Notes: generated from the letters alone by a model not told the origin. Shown: positions 1-10,636, numbered from the stretch's first letter. The stretch is DNA of 32,220 bases from Candidatus Shapirobacteria bacterium (GCA_028700345.1 JAQVSW010000002.1:1-32220); one strand, 5' to 3'. Numbers and translations are program-made.

Positions 1-1
1 T

Positions 2-625
2 ATTAGGGGCAGTAGTTTTGGTGGTCCTAGTGTCGACGAATATATTTATGTTCCTTTTGCTATTGCCAGTGATATTGCTGGCGACGAAAACATTCAACAA
101 ATTATTATCAAAGCCGCCGATAAAAACCAAATCGAATCAACTAAAGAAAAAACCAAAGACATTCTTTTAAAAGATTACGAAGAAGACGCTTTTTCCGTCT
201 TCGACTCCGCCCAACTTCTAAATTCTATCAACGCCATTATTAGTACTCTGACCATCGCTCTCACTGGCATTGCCGCCATATCTCTGGTTGTCGGTGGCAT
301 TGGTATTATGAATATCATGCTCGTCACTGTCTCTGAGCGAACTCGGGAAATAGGTCTGCGCAAAGCTATTGGTGCCTATCCTCGGGCTATTTTAATTCAA
401 TTTTTATTTGAAGCCATTATTCTTTCTGGTCTTGGGGGACTCATCGGCATTATTCTTGGTTCTCTTGGTACTTTTGCTATCAACAACTTTTTTCCAGCCA
501 GAGTCACTCCTGGTTCCGTCATCCTTGCTTTTGGGGTCTCATTTCTGGTTGGCATTATCTTTGGTGTTACTCCCGCGCGCAAAGCCAGCAAACTATCTCC
601 CATCGAAGCTTTAAGATATGAGTAA
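2..625 (+). CDS. ABC transporter permease, FtsX/MacB family (5'-partial, runs off window start)
   Basis: Frame 2 is open from nt 2. The C-terminal part reads VSERTREIGLRKAIGA...GVTPARKASKLSPIEALRYE, typical of FtsX-domain permeases. TAA stop at 623-625. Confidence 0.85.
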   Translation: MRGSSFGGPSVDEYIYVPFAIASDIAGDENIQQIIIKAADKNQIESTKEKTKDILLKDYEEDAFSVFDSAQLLNSINAIISTLTIALTGIAAISLVVGGIGIMNIMLVTVSERTREIGLRKAIGAYPRAILIQFLFEAIILSGLGGLIGIILGSLGTFAINNFFPARVTPGSVILAFGVSFLVGIIFGVTPARKASKLSPIEALRYE

Positions 626-647
626 AATTTTCTGCTAATATTAGTTA

Positions 648-1208
648 GTGAAACAAGAATTAAAAAATCATTTATTGCCACTTCTCGCCATCTTTATTCT
701 CACCTCTCTCCTTTGGATATTTCAAAAAGCTGTCTGGTACAATTTTATTTTTCTCTTTTTCGGTCTACTTTGGGGTTCTTTTTTTCTTGACATTGATCAT
801 TTAATTTATTGGTTTTATCTTGAGCCAAATCTTGAAGAAAGTCGACTAGCTCAAATAGCCTGGAAAAGGGGAGATTTTAAATCTCTTTTAAGGCTTCTTG
901 AATCCACACACCTCCTTCACACCAATCTCATTTTTCACCACTATTTTTTCCAAATCATAATTACCCTCATTTCTTTTTTTGTCTTTACTTCCAGCAGTGC
1001 TATCTTTCCCAAAGCCTTTCTCCTGGCTATCAATATTCATCTCCTCACTGATGAAATTATAGATTTTCAAAAAGACCCCGAGCATCTCAAGCTTTGGCTC
1101 TTTGCCAGGGAAAAGAAACAGCTCCCCACCCATGCTTTAAAATATTACCTTTTAACTCTAGTTATTATTAACCTCCTCTTCACCACCTTTTTAATCAGCT
1201 CTCAATGA
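648..1208 (+). CDS. hypothetical polytopic membrane protein
   Basis: 186-aa ORF with a GTG start and several hydrophobic segments. Its stop overlaps the next start (ATGA at 1205-1208). I recognise no family. Confidence 0.5.
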   Translation: MKQELKNHLLPLLAIFILTSLLWIFQKAVWYNFIFLFFGLLWGSFFLDIDHLIYWFYLEPNLEESRLAQIAWKRGDFKSLLRLLESTHLLHTNLIFHHYFFQIIITLISFFVFTSSSAIFPKAFLLAINIHLLTDEIIDFQKDPEHLKLWLFAREKKQLPTHALKYYLLTLVIINLLFTTFLISSQ

Positions 1209-1705
1209 TCCAGATTTCTCCCGATCTTTTTTCCACTGCCAAAAAATACCTCTCCCCCCAGCAGGATGCTTTGATTAACGATGTCCTAATTGTTTTAAAA
1301 TGTCTCGAACACAACCATATTAATGATTATTCTTTTATCGTTGCTCCGATTTCCAAGGCCTACGAAGGTTATCTCAAAGATTTTTTTCTAAAAACTAATA
1401 TTATTGACAAATACAATTATGAAAGTGATCGCTTTCGAGTCGGCAAAACTCTCAATCCTTCACTCCGTTATAAAAGATTTTCCATTTATCAAAAACTAGC
1501 TAATTTAAGCGAGGAAGGGGAGCAGTTGGCCGAAAAATTATGGACCGCCTGGAAATATGGTCGTAATGAAATTTTTCACTATTTTCCCAATAATATTAAA
1601 AATTTAACCAGAGCTGAAGCTGAAGAGAGAATTGCTATGCTTCTGGATGCCATTGTTAGCTCAGGCCTTTTTTACAAAAAATATCTCGAAGGTAATTTGT
1701 TATAA
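1205..1705 (+). CDS. hypothetical alpha-helical protein with an R-x4-H (HEPN-like) motif
   Basis: 166-aa ORF translationally coupled on both sides (ATGA upstream, TAATG downstream). The motif RNEIFH lies at aa 120-125. Family assignment is speculative. Confidence 0.5.
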   Translation: MIQISPDLFSTAKKYLSPQQDALINDVLIVLKCLEHNHINDYSFIVAPISKAYEGYLKDFFLKTNIIDKYNYESDRFRVGKTLNPSLRYKRFSIYQKLANLSEEGEQLAEKLWTAWKYGRNEIFHYFPNNIKNLTRAEAEERIAMLLDAIVSSGLFYKKYLEGNLL

Positions 1706-1920
1706 TGTCTGATATGTCAAAATTTAAAATCGTTTTAGACCAAGAAAAATGCATCGGCTGCAACACTTGTCCCTTAATTGACCCTGATACTTTTGAAATA
1801 GATACCACCATTTACAAAGCCAAAGTCAAGGCTCAGCCCCAGGAAATAAGTGAAAAAACCAAAACCGCTGTCTCTTCCTGTCCGGTGGGAGCAATTAGTA
1901 TTATTGAAGAAAATAATTAA
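1705..1920 (+). CDS. small ferredoxin (single Fe-S cluster type)
   Basis: 71 aa carrying CIGCNTCP ... SSCPVGAI, a Cys pattern typical of small bacterial ferredoxins. Confidence 0.7.
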   Translation: MSDMSKFKIVLDQEKCIGCNTCPLIDPDTFEIDTTIYKAKVKAQPQEISEKTKTAVSSCPVGAISIIEENN

Positions 1921-1938
1921 TTATTTATTTCTCTTTTT

Positions 1939-2940
1939 ATGAAAAAAGTTAAAAAAATCGAAAATCAGTACATAAAAATTCCCAAAGTTATTAATATCCC
2001 CACACCTACAGCTCTCGCCTTGGGACTACTTCTTTTAGCCACCTCTTTTTATTCTGGCTATGCCTGGAATAAATCAAGAAGTGGCCCTTCATCTACAAGT
2101 GCCGACTCTAATACCATAACTTTTGCGGCTCAAAAAAGCCAAAAACCAGAATTAAAATTTTTCGTTATGAGTTTTTGTCCCTACGGCAATCAAATGGAAG
2201 ATGTCCTGCGTCCTGTCTTTGATTTAATCAAAGACAAGGCCGATATTACGCCTCATTATATTTTTGATAAAATCGAAAATCTTGACACCTACTGTAAAAG
2301 TCGTAGTGGTGATCCTTCTCAATGTCCTCTTTATGTCGAAAATAAATATTTTACCACCGAAGCTGAATGTCAAAAAACTATAGCGCAAAGTTTAGCTGAT
2401 TGTAAAAATGAAAGCGCTTATATTAAATCAGACAAAGGCGTTATGTATGGCTCTCTTCACGGTCGCCAAGAAGCTAATCAGGATGTTCGTGAAATTTGTG
2501 CCTGGAATTTAGCCAGCGACAAAACGATGTGGTGGAATTTCGTTGGCAACGTCAACAAAAATTGTACCGACAAAAATGCTGATACTTGCTGGGAAGATCA
2601 AGCCAAAAGTGCCGGCTTTGATACCGCCAAAATTACTGAGTGTTTCAATAAAGAAGGCATTGATTTAATTGAAAAAGAAATTGCCTTAACTACCCAGTAT
2701 GATGTCTCTGGTTCTCCCACTGTTTTAATTAATGAGGTAGCCTTTCCCCCAGAAAGTGCCTATACCCAAGATGGTAAAGGCTCTCTCAAAATTGGGAGTA
2801 AAGTTGCCACCCAAGATCGCTTCCGCACCCCCAATGTGGTCAAGGAAGCTCTCTGCGCCTCTTTCCAAAAAAGTCCTAGCGAATGTAAAAGCGAAATCCC
2901 AGATCTAACAGGTGAATCTGTTCCTGCTGGTGGCTGCTAA
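1939..2940 (+). CDS. membrane-anchored, Cys-rich thioredoxin-fold (DsbA-like) protein
   Basis: N-terminal TM anchor. FVMSFCPYGNQ sits at the CxxC position (here CPYG) and SGSPTVLINE resembles the cis-Pro loop of DsbA/Trx folds. Many additional Cys suggest extracytoplasmic disulfides. Confidence 0.55.
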   Translation: MKKVKKIENQYIKIPKVINIPTPTALALGLLLLATSFYSGYAWNKSRSGPSSTSADSNTITFAAQKSQKPELKFFVMSFCPYGNQMEDVLRPVFDLIKDKADITPHYIFDKIENLDTYCKSRSGDPSQCPLYVENKYFTTEAECQKTIAQSLADCKNESAYIKSDKGVMYGSLHGRQEANQDVREICAWNLASDKTMWWNFVGNVNKNCTDKNADTCWEDQAKSAGFDTAKITECFNKEGIDLIEKEIALTTQYDVSGSPTVLINEVAFPPESAYTQDGKGSLKIGSKVATQDRFRTPNVVKEALCASFQKSPSECKSEIPDLTGESVPAGGC

Positions 2941-2957
2941 TCAATAAGATTAAAATT

Positions 2958-2986
2958 AAAAATCCCCCTGCAATGGGGGATTTTTT
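2958..2986 (+). terminator. intrinsic terminator after the DsbA-like gene
   Basis: AATCCCCC (2961-2968), loop tgcaat, GGGGGATT (2975-2982), followed by a T-run to 2986. Confidence 0.7.
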
Positions 2987-3000
2987 GATATAATATCTAC

Positions 3001-3630
3001 ATGAAAGCATCAGAATATTGGAAAATACAACACCAGAAATATTCCAACCAAGATTGGATTTTAAAACCTAGTATTTTTGCAAAACAAATAATTAATTTGC
3101 TATCAAAAAAGGGAAATCTAATTGATCTTGGAGCAGGACAAGGCCAAGATAGTCGTTTTTTTGCGGATCATAATTTTCAAGTTACCAGCACTGATTTCAC
3201 TGTCGATGCTCTGGATATTTCTAAAAGTAAATCAAAAAATCAAAATATTAATTTCCAAATTGTAGATTTAAGTAAAAAACTACCTTTTGACGATTCTTCA
3301 TTTGATATTGTTTATTCCCACCTAGCTCTTCACTATTTTGACAATAAAACTACTCAAAAATTGTTTAGTGAAATATATCGTATTTTAAAAAAAGATGGAA
3401 TTTTTGCGACTTTAGTAAATACCATAAATGATTCTGAAGTTACTGAATCAGAAAAAATTGAAAAAGAATATTTTTTCAGTCCAGTTGGAATTAAAAAAAG
3501 ATTTTTCTCATTATCGTCTTTTCATCAATTAATAGAAAATAGGTATAAAATAATAATTCTTGATGAAAATGGCAAAACATATAAAGATGATATTGAAAAT
3601 CTAATTAGATTTATAGGTAAAAAATTATGA
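3001..3630 (+). CDS. class I SAM-dependent methyltransferase
   Basis: Motif I LIDLGAGQGQDSRFF, plus acidic post-I and motif II-like segments (DIVYSHLALHYF). Confidence 0.75.
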   Translation: MKASEYWKIQHQKYSNQDWILKPSIFAKQIINLLSKKGNLIDLGAGQGQDSRFFADHNFQVTSTDFTVDALDISKSKSKNQNINFQIVDLSKKLPFDDSSFDIVYSHLALHYFDNKTTQKLFSEIYRILKKDGIFATLVNTINDSEVTESEKIEKEYFFSPVGIKKRFFSLSSFHQLIENRYKIIILDENGKTYKDDIENLIRFIGKKL

Positions 3631-4181
3631 AACTAAATTCTCACCAGCTTCGCCAAAGTAGAGTAGGGGAGTCGCAAAAAAAACAAAAACTCTTAAAACG
3701 CCAACCCCTAGTTTTAGTGCTCGACAATGTCCTTGATACCTACAACATTGGCTCTTTTTTTCGTTTGGCAGACGCTCTCGGAGTCGAAAAAATCTATCTT
3801 TGTGGCTCTGTCGTCACTCCTCCTAATATCAAAATTCACCGTGCCTCCATTGGGACCTGGAAATGGGTTCCCTGGCAGCAAATAAATTCCACGCGGGACT
3901 GTCTCTTAAAACTTAAAAAAGACGGTTACCATCTAGTTGCCTGTGAACAAGGCGAGGGGAGTGTTCTCTATCAAAAAGCCAAATATAAATATCCCCTGGC
4001 TATTGTCGCTGGTAGTGAAAATAATGGCATCTCTAAAGATATTTTAAAAATTTGTGATCAAATCATCGAAATCCCTCTTTATGGGGTCAATATTTCCTTA
4101 AATGTGCTCGTGGCCACCGCCATTATTGCTTTCGACTGTCTAAAAAAACTGAATAATTTACCCGAAACTTCGGCCAAATAA
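3627..4181 (+). CDS. SpoU/TrmH-family RNA 2'-O-methyltransferase
   Basis: LVLDNVLDTYNIGSFFRLADALG, AIVAGSENNGIS and IPLYGVNISLNVLVATAI match the three SPOUT/TrmH motifs. Confidence 0.8.
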   Translation: MKLNSHQLRQSRVGESQKKQKLLKRQPLVLVLDNVLDTYNIGSFFRLADALGVEKIYLCGSVVTPPNIKIHRASIGTWKWVPWQQINSTRDCLLKLKKDGYHLVACEQGEGSVLYQKAKYKYPLAIVAGSENNGISKDILKICDQIIEIPLYGVNISLNVLVATAIIAFDCLKKLNNLPETSAK

Positions 4182-4254
4182 TAGTAAAAATTCTGACCTA
4201 TTTTGATACGGTTTTATCATTTTTTTTAGCCTATCTTTCCGTTAAATTTGCTTA

Positions 4255-4282
4255 TTGTCAAGCTATTTTTATCTGTTACAAT
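4255..4282 (+). promoter_or_regulatory. sigma70-type promoter for gyrBA
   Basis: TTGTCA (4255-4260), 16-nt spacer, extended -10 TGtTACAAT (4274-4282), about 65 nt upstream of the gyrB ATG. Confidence 0.5.
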
Positions 4283-4298
4283 TAATTTATCCCTAAAT

Positions 4299-4317
4299 AT
4301 TCTAAATATTTTAGAAT
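4299..4317. promoter_or_regulatory. 8-3-8 perfect palindrome in the gyrB leader (candidate operator)
   Basis: ATTCTAAA tat TTTAGAAT. It is embedded in direct repeats of CTAAATAT (4293-4300, 4302-4309) and TTTAGA (4310-4315, 4318-4323). Confidence 0.3.
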
Positions 4318-4345
4318 TTAGACTTTAGGCTTTTTTTATTTTTAT

Positions 4346-6286
4346 ATGCCAGAAACTACAGATTATACTTCAAAACAAATTGTTGTTCTCGAGGGTCTTG
4401 AACCGGTCAGAAAGCGTCCTGCCATGTACATAGGTTCAACTGATACCACCGGGCTCCATCACTGTCTCAATGAAATAATTGATAATTCTATCGACGAGGC
4501 TCTAGCCGGCTTTGCCAAAAATATTTGGATTATCATTCATCCTGATAATTCTGCTACCGTCGCTGATGATGGCCGAGGTATTCCCATCGACATCATGCCC
4601 AAATACAAAAAACCCGCCATCGAAGTCATCATGACTACTCTTCATTCGGGTGGTAAATTTGAAGGTACCGCCTACAAAGTCTCCGGTGGACTTCACGGAG
4701 TCGGCGCCGCCTGTGTTAATGCTCTTTCTACTCTTTTTCAGGTTGAAGTTCGTCGAGAAAGTGAAACTCATTTAATCGAATTTTCCAAAGGTAAGATTAA
4801 AACAAAATTAACTACCATCCCTAAGACTAAAATTGAAAGATTGGAAACTATCCTTCCTGGTGGCGTTACCGGCACCACCACCACTTTTTATCCTGATCCG
4901 GAAATCTTTAAAGAAACCACTGAGTTTGACAATAAAACCATTATCAAATCACTCAAAGATAGAGCCTATTTAACCAGTAAAATTTATTTTCATCTTTTTG
5001 ATGATCGTCACCAGACTGAGCATCATTACTATTTTGAAGGAGGAATTCTCTCTTTACTTCGAGAACTAAATAAAAACAAAAGCGCTATTCACGATCCAAT
5101 TTATATTCATGGCGAAAGCGATGGCGTTGATGTTGAAGTTGCCATTCAGTACAATGATTCTTTTCAAGAAAATATTTCTTCTTACGTCAATATTATCAAT
5201 ACTCATGAGGGTGGTACCCACTTGACAGGATTTAAAATAGCCCTAACTAAAGCCATTAAAGACTACGCCGAGCGTAAAGAGATGGTTAAAAACAAAGATG
5301 ATACGATTACTGGTGATGACGTTCGTGAGGGCCTGACTGCCGCTCTATCCATCAAAATGGGGAGTAAAGATCTCCAGTTTGAAGGTCAAACCAAGGGCAA
5401 GCTGGGCAATTCTGAAGTTCAACCCATTGTCAACAAAATAGTCAGAGAACAACTTGATACTTATTTTGAAGAACATCCCGATACTGCCAAAATTATTGTT
5501 AGTAAAGCCCTACTTACCATCCAAATTCGTAAAGCGGCTAAAGCCGCTAAAGACGCCATTATGCGCAAAGGTGCTTTTGATTCTATGGGTCTTCCCGGAA
5601 AACTAGCTGATTGTCAAAGTAAAAAACCTGAGGAATGTGAAATTTATATCGTCGAAGGAGATTCAGCTGGTGGTAGCGCCAAACAGGGGCGAGACCGTAA
5701 ATTTCAAGCGATTTTACCACTCTGGGGAAAAGCTCTAAACACTGAAGGCATGAGACTGGATAAAGTGGTTGGTTCTGATAAATTAAAAGATTTTATTATT
5801 GCCCTAGGTATGGGCATAGGTGATACATTTAATTTAGAAAGGCTTCGCTATCATCGGATTATTTTAATGTCCGATGCTGATGTTGATGGAGCTCATATTG
5901 CTACTCTTTTACTGACATTTATTTACCGTCACCTTCCAGGTTTAATTGAAAATGGTTATGTTTACATTGCCATGCCTCCTCTTTACAAAATCAAGCAAGG
6001 TAAGGAAGTTAAATATGTCTATACCGACGAAGAAAAAGAGGTCCATTTAAAAACTCTTGATCTTTCAAAAAATTATGATATGCAGCGTTACAAGGGTCTC
6101 GGAGAAATGAATCCCCAGCAGCTATGGGATACTACCATGAATCCTGAAAGCAGACAGTTAAAAAGAATTTCTGTTGCCGATGTCGAAAAAGCCGATGAAA
6201 TATTTAGAATTTTAATGGGTAATGAAGTTCCACCCCGTAAAAAATTTATTGTTACTCATGCTCATTTAGCTAATTTGGATATTTAA
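4346..6286 (+). CDS. gyrB: DNA gyrase subunit B
   Basis: [58 protein letters not shown]. 646 aa, followed directly by gyrA. Confidence 0.97.
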   Translation: MPETTDYTSKQIVVLEGLEPVRKRPAMYIGSTDTTGLHHCLNEIIDNSIDEALAGFAKNIWIIIHPDNSATVADDGRGIPIDIMPKYKKPAIEVIMTTLHSGGKFEGTAYKVSGGLHGVGAACVNALSTLFQVEVRRESETHLIEFSKGKIKTKLTTIPKTKIERLETILPGGVTGTTTTFYPDPEIFKETTEFDNKTIIKSLKDRAYLTSKIYFHLFDDRHQTEHHYYFEGGILSLLRELNKNKSAIHDPIYIHGESDGVDVEVAIQYNDSFQENISSYVNIINTHEGGTHLTGFKIALTKAIKDYAERKEMVKNKDDTITGDDVREGLTAALSIKMGSKDLQFEGQTKGKLGNSEVQPIVNKIVREQLDTYFEEHPDTAKIIVSKALLTIQIRKAAKAAKDAIMRKGAFDSMGLPGKLADCQSKKPEECEIYIVEGDSAGGSAKQGRDRKFQAILPLWGKALNTEGMRLDKVVGSDKLKDFIIALGMGIGDTFNLERLRYHRIILMSDADVDGAHIATLLLTFIYRHLPGLIENGYVYIAMPPLYKIKQGKEVKYVYTDEEKEVHLKTLDLSKNYDMQRYKGLGEMNPQQLWDTTMNPESRQLKRISVADVEKADEIFRILMGNEVPPRKKFIVTHAHLANLDI

Positions 6287-6290
6287 ATTT

Positions 6291-8960
6291 ATGCCCATAG
6301 ATAAACAAAAAAACACTATTGTTAATGACACTCCAGCTTTTGTCAATAATATTGGCAAAATCATCGAAATGGATATTGTCCCCGAAATGGAGAAATCATA
6401 TTTGGATTATGCTATGTCAGTTATCGTGGCTCGGGCTCTGCCCGATGTTCGTGATGGACTAAAACCCGTTCATCGCCGAATTATTTATGCCATGGATCAA
6501 ATGGGACTAACTCCAGGCGGTCGTTTTACTAAATCAGCTAAGGTTGTCGGTGAAGTACTGGGTAAATATCATCCCCATGGTGATATGGCAGTTTACGGCT
6601 CCATGGTCCGGATGGCTCAAAGTTTTTCCCTACGCTACCCACTTATTAATGGTCAAGGAAACTTTGGCTCTATTGATGGCGACCCTCCAGCTGCCATGCG
6701 TTACACCGAAGCCAAACTAAGTAAAATTGCCCCAGAAATGATTCTCGATATCGACAAAGATACTGTCTCCTTGGTTGACAATTTTGATGCTACTTTAAAA
6801 GAACCCGAAGTTCTACCCACTCGTATTCCAGGCCTTCTTCTAAACGGCGCTGATGGTATTGCTGTCGGTATGGCCACCAAAATTCCTCCCCACAATTTAA
6901 AAGAACTTTGTGCCGGTATTGATCACATTTTAGATACCGCCACACTCGAAAAACAAGAAAGTGCTCTCGAAATCAACTCCATTTTAAACAAGGGTCTGAG
7001 CACTCAAGAAATTGTTTTAAAACCAGTGCGTCAGCTTGAAAAATTATCTTTTAATTTTGAAACTACCGCCACCATCGAAGATTTAACCAAATTTATAACT
7101 GGACCTGATTTTCCCACCGCTGGCGAAATTTACGGTAAAACCGGCATTTTAGAAATGTATAATACCGGTCGAGGCAAATTCACTCTCCGTGGCAAAACCA
7201 ATATTGAAGAGACTAAGTCCGGCAAAATTAGAATCATCATCACTGAAATTCCTTATCAGGTAAACAAGTCTGAGATGATTAAAAAGATTGCTCAGCTCGT
7301 CACCGACAAAAAAATTATTGGTATTTCTGATCTTCGCGATGAATCCGATCGCCATGGTATTCGCGTCGTTATTGAAATTAAAAAGAACGGTAAACCCAAG
7401 GCAATTCTTAACAAACTTTTTAAATATACTGCCTTGCAATCTTCATATTCTGCCAATCTTTTAGCCTTAGTAAACAACATTCCTCAAACCCTAAACCTTC
7501 GTCAAATTTTACTTCTATTTTTGAGACACAGGGAAACTGTTATTCGTCGCCGCTCAATTTTTGAATTAAAGTCCGCCTATATGCGGGCTCATATTCTTGA
7601 AGGACTTAAAAAAGCTCTTGATGTGATTGATGAGGTCATAAAAACTATTAGGGCTTCAAAATCTACTGATGATGCCAGGGACAATTTAATGTCTAAATTT
7701 GGATTTACTGATCTTCAAGCCAACGCCATTTTGGAAATGCAACTCAGGCGTCTAGCCGCTCTCGAACGCCAAAAAATTGATGATGAATACAGTGAAGTTG
7801 AAAAATATATTGCCCATCTTACCTCTATAATTACTGTTCCCGATAAAATGGTTGAAGTGTTAAAAGCTGAAAATAAAGAAATTTCTGAAAAGTATTCCGA
7901 CCCTCGTTTAACTAAAATCTATGCCAAGGGTCTTGAAGATTTTAGTGATGAAGATCTAATTCCCAATGAGGCGACTCTGGTAACTCTAACTCGAGGTGGT
8001 TATATCAAAAGAGTCCCCATGGAAACTTATCGGACTCAGCAGCGTGGTGGCGTTGGGGTTATGGGCATGGCCACCAAAAGTGAAGACGAGGTTGATAGTC
8101 TTCTTTTTGTCGATACTCACGACGATCTTCTTATTTTCACCAATAAAGGTCGCTGTTTCAAAATTAAAGTATGGGACATCAACGAAAGTAGCCGTCAATC
8201 AAAAGGTCAGGCGGTTATTAACTTAATCAACATTATTCAGGGCGAAATCGTTCAGGCAGTTCTACCCATCAGTAAAAATAATCCCGCAAAATACATTCTT
8301 TTAGCCACTAAAAAAGGGACCATCAAAAAAACCGCCATTGAAAAATTTAAAAATATTCGTCAATCAGGGCTAGCCGCCATTAAACTTGATCCCAAAGATG
8401 AATTAATCTGGGCCAAGCTCACCTCAGGCAATGATCAAATCTTTATGGCTACTCACATTGGCAAATGCATCCGTTTTAACGAAACTGATTGCCGTCCCAT
8501 GGGTCGACATACGAGGGGAGTTCGTGGTATCTCTCTCAAAGAAAATGATTATCTAGTTGGTATCGATGTTTTACCTCAAAGTGTAGCCGCCATCAAAGAA
8601 GAAAAGAAGGGAAAATTTTTCCGTCATCTTTTAATTATTACTGAAAACGGAGTCGGTAAACGTAGTGACGCCTATCTCTACCCCCTCCAAAAAAGAGGCG
8701 GTTTTGGTGTAAAAGTTGCGAATCTTACCAGTAAAACTGGCAATCTAGCCGCTGCGGTTGTCGTCACTGAAAAAGACGATCAGGTCCTTTTTGTCAGTAA
8801 AAAAGCGGTCACTATAAAACTACCGTTAAAAAATATACCCACCCTTTCTCGAAATACTCGGGGTGTCATTTTAATGAGATTAAAGAATGATGACAAGGTC
8901 AGCGCCATGACTATTCTTCAAAGAAACGATGGAGAAGGGGAGCCACCTAAAAAAATATAG
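6291..8960 (+). CDS. gyrA: DNA gyrase subunit A
   Basis: [34 protein letters not shown] (active-site Tyr), GPDFPT, and a C-terminal beta-pinwheel repeat region. 889 aa. Confidence 0.97.
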   Translation: MPIDKQKNTIVNDTPAFVNNIGKIIEMDIVPEMEKSYLDYAMSVIVARALPDVRDGLKPVHRRIIYAMDQMGLTPGGRFTKSAKVVGEVLGKYHPHGDMAVYGSMVRMAQSFSLRYPLINGQGNFGSIDGDPPAAMRYTEAKLSKIAPEMILDIDKDTVSLVDNFDATLKEPEVLPTRIPGLLLNGADGIAVGMATKIPPHNLKELCAGIDHILDTATLEKQESALEINSILNKGLSTQEIVLKPVRQLEKLSFNFETTATIEDLTKFITGPDFPTAGEIYGKTGILEMYNTGRGKFTLRGKTNIEETKSGKIRIIITEIPYQVNKSEMIKKIAQLVTDKKIIGISDLRDESDRHGIRVVIEIKKNGKPKAILNKLFKYTALQSSYSANLLALVNNIPQTLNLRQILLLFLRHRETVIRRRSIFELKSAYMRAHILEGLKKALDVIDEVIKTIRASKSTDDARDNLMSKFGFTDLQANAILEMQLRRLAALERQKIDDEYSEVEKYIAHLTSIITVPDKMVEVLKAENKEISEKYSDPRLTKIYAKGLEDFSDEDLIPNEATLVTLTRGGYIKRVPMETYRTQQRGGVGVMGMATKSEDEVDSLLFVDTHDDLLIFTNKGRCFKIKVWDINESSRQSKGQAVINLINIIQGEIVQAVLPISKNNPAKYILLATKKGTIKKTAIEKFKNIRQSGLAAIKLDPKDELIWAKLTSGNDQIFMATHIGKCIRFNETDCRPMGRHTRGVRGISLKENDYLVGIDVLPQSVAAIKEEKKGKFFRHLLIITENGVGKRSDAYLYPLQKRGGFGVKVANLTSKTGNLAAAVVVTEKDDQVLFVSKKAVTIKLPLKNIPTLSRNTRGVILMRLKNDDKVSAMTILQRNDGEGEPPKKI

Positions 8961-9170
8961 GATATAACTATATAATAATTATAGGATATCTACTTTAAAT
9001 TTAGCTTTAATAGCAGTCAAAACCCCTCCTTGCTAACTAGGCTCGAAAAATTATTAAAGTCTAAAAATAGGCAAAAACACAATTTCAATAGGCTAGGGGA
9101 GTGATCAACACAAAAAATTCCCTATCTTTCTAGTAAATACCCAAACTATAGGACACACCTGTTACATATA

Positions 9171-10103
9171 TTATTTATTTCCTGAATGAAATTTTTCATG
9201 AATTTCGCGAAGCCGAGCATCAGTGACATGAGTATAAATTTGAGTCGTGGCAATATTTTTATGACCGAGCATTTCTTGAACCGATCTAATGTCAGCCCCA
9301 CCTCGAAGCAAATCCGTCGCCATCGAATGTCTTAAGGTGTGAGGAGTAGCATCAACTGGCAATTTAGCCAGACGAACATAATGCTTGACCATTCTTTCAA
9401 TCGAGCGGGGACTAAGTCTCATCTTTTCCTCTTCACTAATAATTTCCCTTTTCCCCCCATAGCGAATAAACAGGGGTCTATCTTTATCACTTCTCGTCTT
9501 TAAATATTTATCAATATAGATAGCCGCTCTTTTACTAATATAGACCACTCTCGCCTTCCCCCCCTTGCCAATTACGCCGAATTCGCGGGTATTTAGGTTA
9601 ATTTGATCACGATTAAGCCGTGTCAGCTCAGAAACCCGAAGACCAGTTGAAAATAAAAGTTCAAGTATTGCTCTATCTCTAACACCTACTTTTGTCGAAA
9701 GAATAGGCTGATTTAATAGTCTTTCTATTTGTTCACCATTTAAAAATTTTAAAGAATGATCCTTATTTTTGGGCACATCAATTTTTTCTGGCTGCATTAC
9801 TTCATAGTCATTTTTAATCAGCCATTTTAAAAAAGACCGTAAAGCTATGACATAATAACCTTGAGTAACGATTTTCATTTCACCATCAATTCCCGGTTGT
9901 CTTGACAAATATAATCTAAAATTTCTAATTGTTTCTTGATTTATATCAGAGACCTGTGGCGACGGCTCACCCTGACTCTCTAGATAAGTCAAAAGAACTT
10001 CTAAATAATGCTGGTAATTTCTAACAGTCAGTTTAGAGCAATTTCTTTCCACCTCTAAATGTTCGAGAAATCTTCTGATTCCTGTCGCTAAATCTAAATT
10101 CAT
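9171..10103 (-). CDS. tyrosine site-specific recombinase, XerC/XerD-like
   Basis: N-terminal SAM-like core-binding domain. Catalytic region ELLFSTGLRVSEL ... HTLRHSMATDLL ... LGHKNIATTQIYTHV carries the R-H-R-Y signature. Confidence 0.9.
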   Translation of the reverse strand: MNLDLATGIRRFLEHLEVERNCSKLTVRNYQHYLEVLLTYLESQGEPSPQVSDINQETIRNFRLYLSRQPGIDGEMKIVTQGYYVIALRSFLKWLIKNDYEVMQPEKIDVPKNKDHSLKFLNGEQIERLLNQPILSTKVGVRDRAILELLFSTGLRVSELTRLNRDQINLNTREFGVIGKGGKARVVYISKRAAIYIDKYLKTRSDKDRPLFIRYGGKREIISEEEKMRLSPRSIERMVKHYVRLAKLPVDATPHTLRHSMATDLLRGGADIRSVQEMLGHKNIATTQIYTHVTDARLREIHEKFHSGNK

Positions 10104-10636
10104 ATCTTATTCTAACATCCAAAAATAAAAAACGTGCGTTTACGGGCCTCTAGTGAAGTCACATATATATTATACGGTATTTTAGGCATAATCATAAATT
10201 ACCCTCTTTAAAAGAGGTGGGGGAAGTAGTCAAGAGGGAATTTTAAGCTAAAGACAGATTTTGGGTGGTCAAGGGCACAAGAGAGGAATTAAGCCTTTTA
10301 TTTAAAAGTCCAAAAACAATAATTGGATTTTAAGTTTTAGAATTTAGGTTTTTGTATTAATTTGTATTTTTGCCTCTCCCCTCCACTTCCCACTTAAGTA
10401 TAGTCGTAAAAGATACATTGTGCGACATAATAAAATCAACTACCCCTCTGGTGGGGAGCAACTATCTTTTCCTTTTAGTCTTTAGGTTTTATGCTTTTAA
10501 CTTTTTTTTATATTTCTGCTCTTTCTCTCCCTACCTCTCTCCTGAGGGTCACTCTCGTCTTGAGAAGTGATATAGTCGATTGCTAAATAGTTTTCCACAC
10601 AGACTATATCATACTATATCAATTATATGTCCTATA

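Noticed and set aside
10155-10185. dif-like sequence CACATATATATTATACGG, and a related TTACATATATTAT at 9161-9173
   Set aside because: It shares ATATATATTAT with Firmicute dif, but the flanking XerC/XerD arms match poorly. Such AT-rich strings are expected by chance here. The 13-8-13 site is a better core-site candidate.
10370-10570. 66-aa ORF in the long intergenic region
   Set aside because: It is low-complexity and pyrimidine-tract driven (LFLLVFRFYAFNFFLYFCSF), has no SD and is not a recognisable family. It is probably non-coding.
10591-10599. DnaA-box-like TTTTCCACA, suggesting oriC near gyrBA
   Set aside because: It is a single box with no cluster and no dnaA/dnaN in the window. The local gene orientation is convergent rather than divergent.
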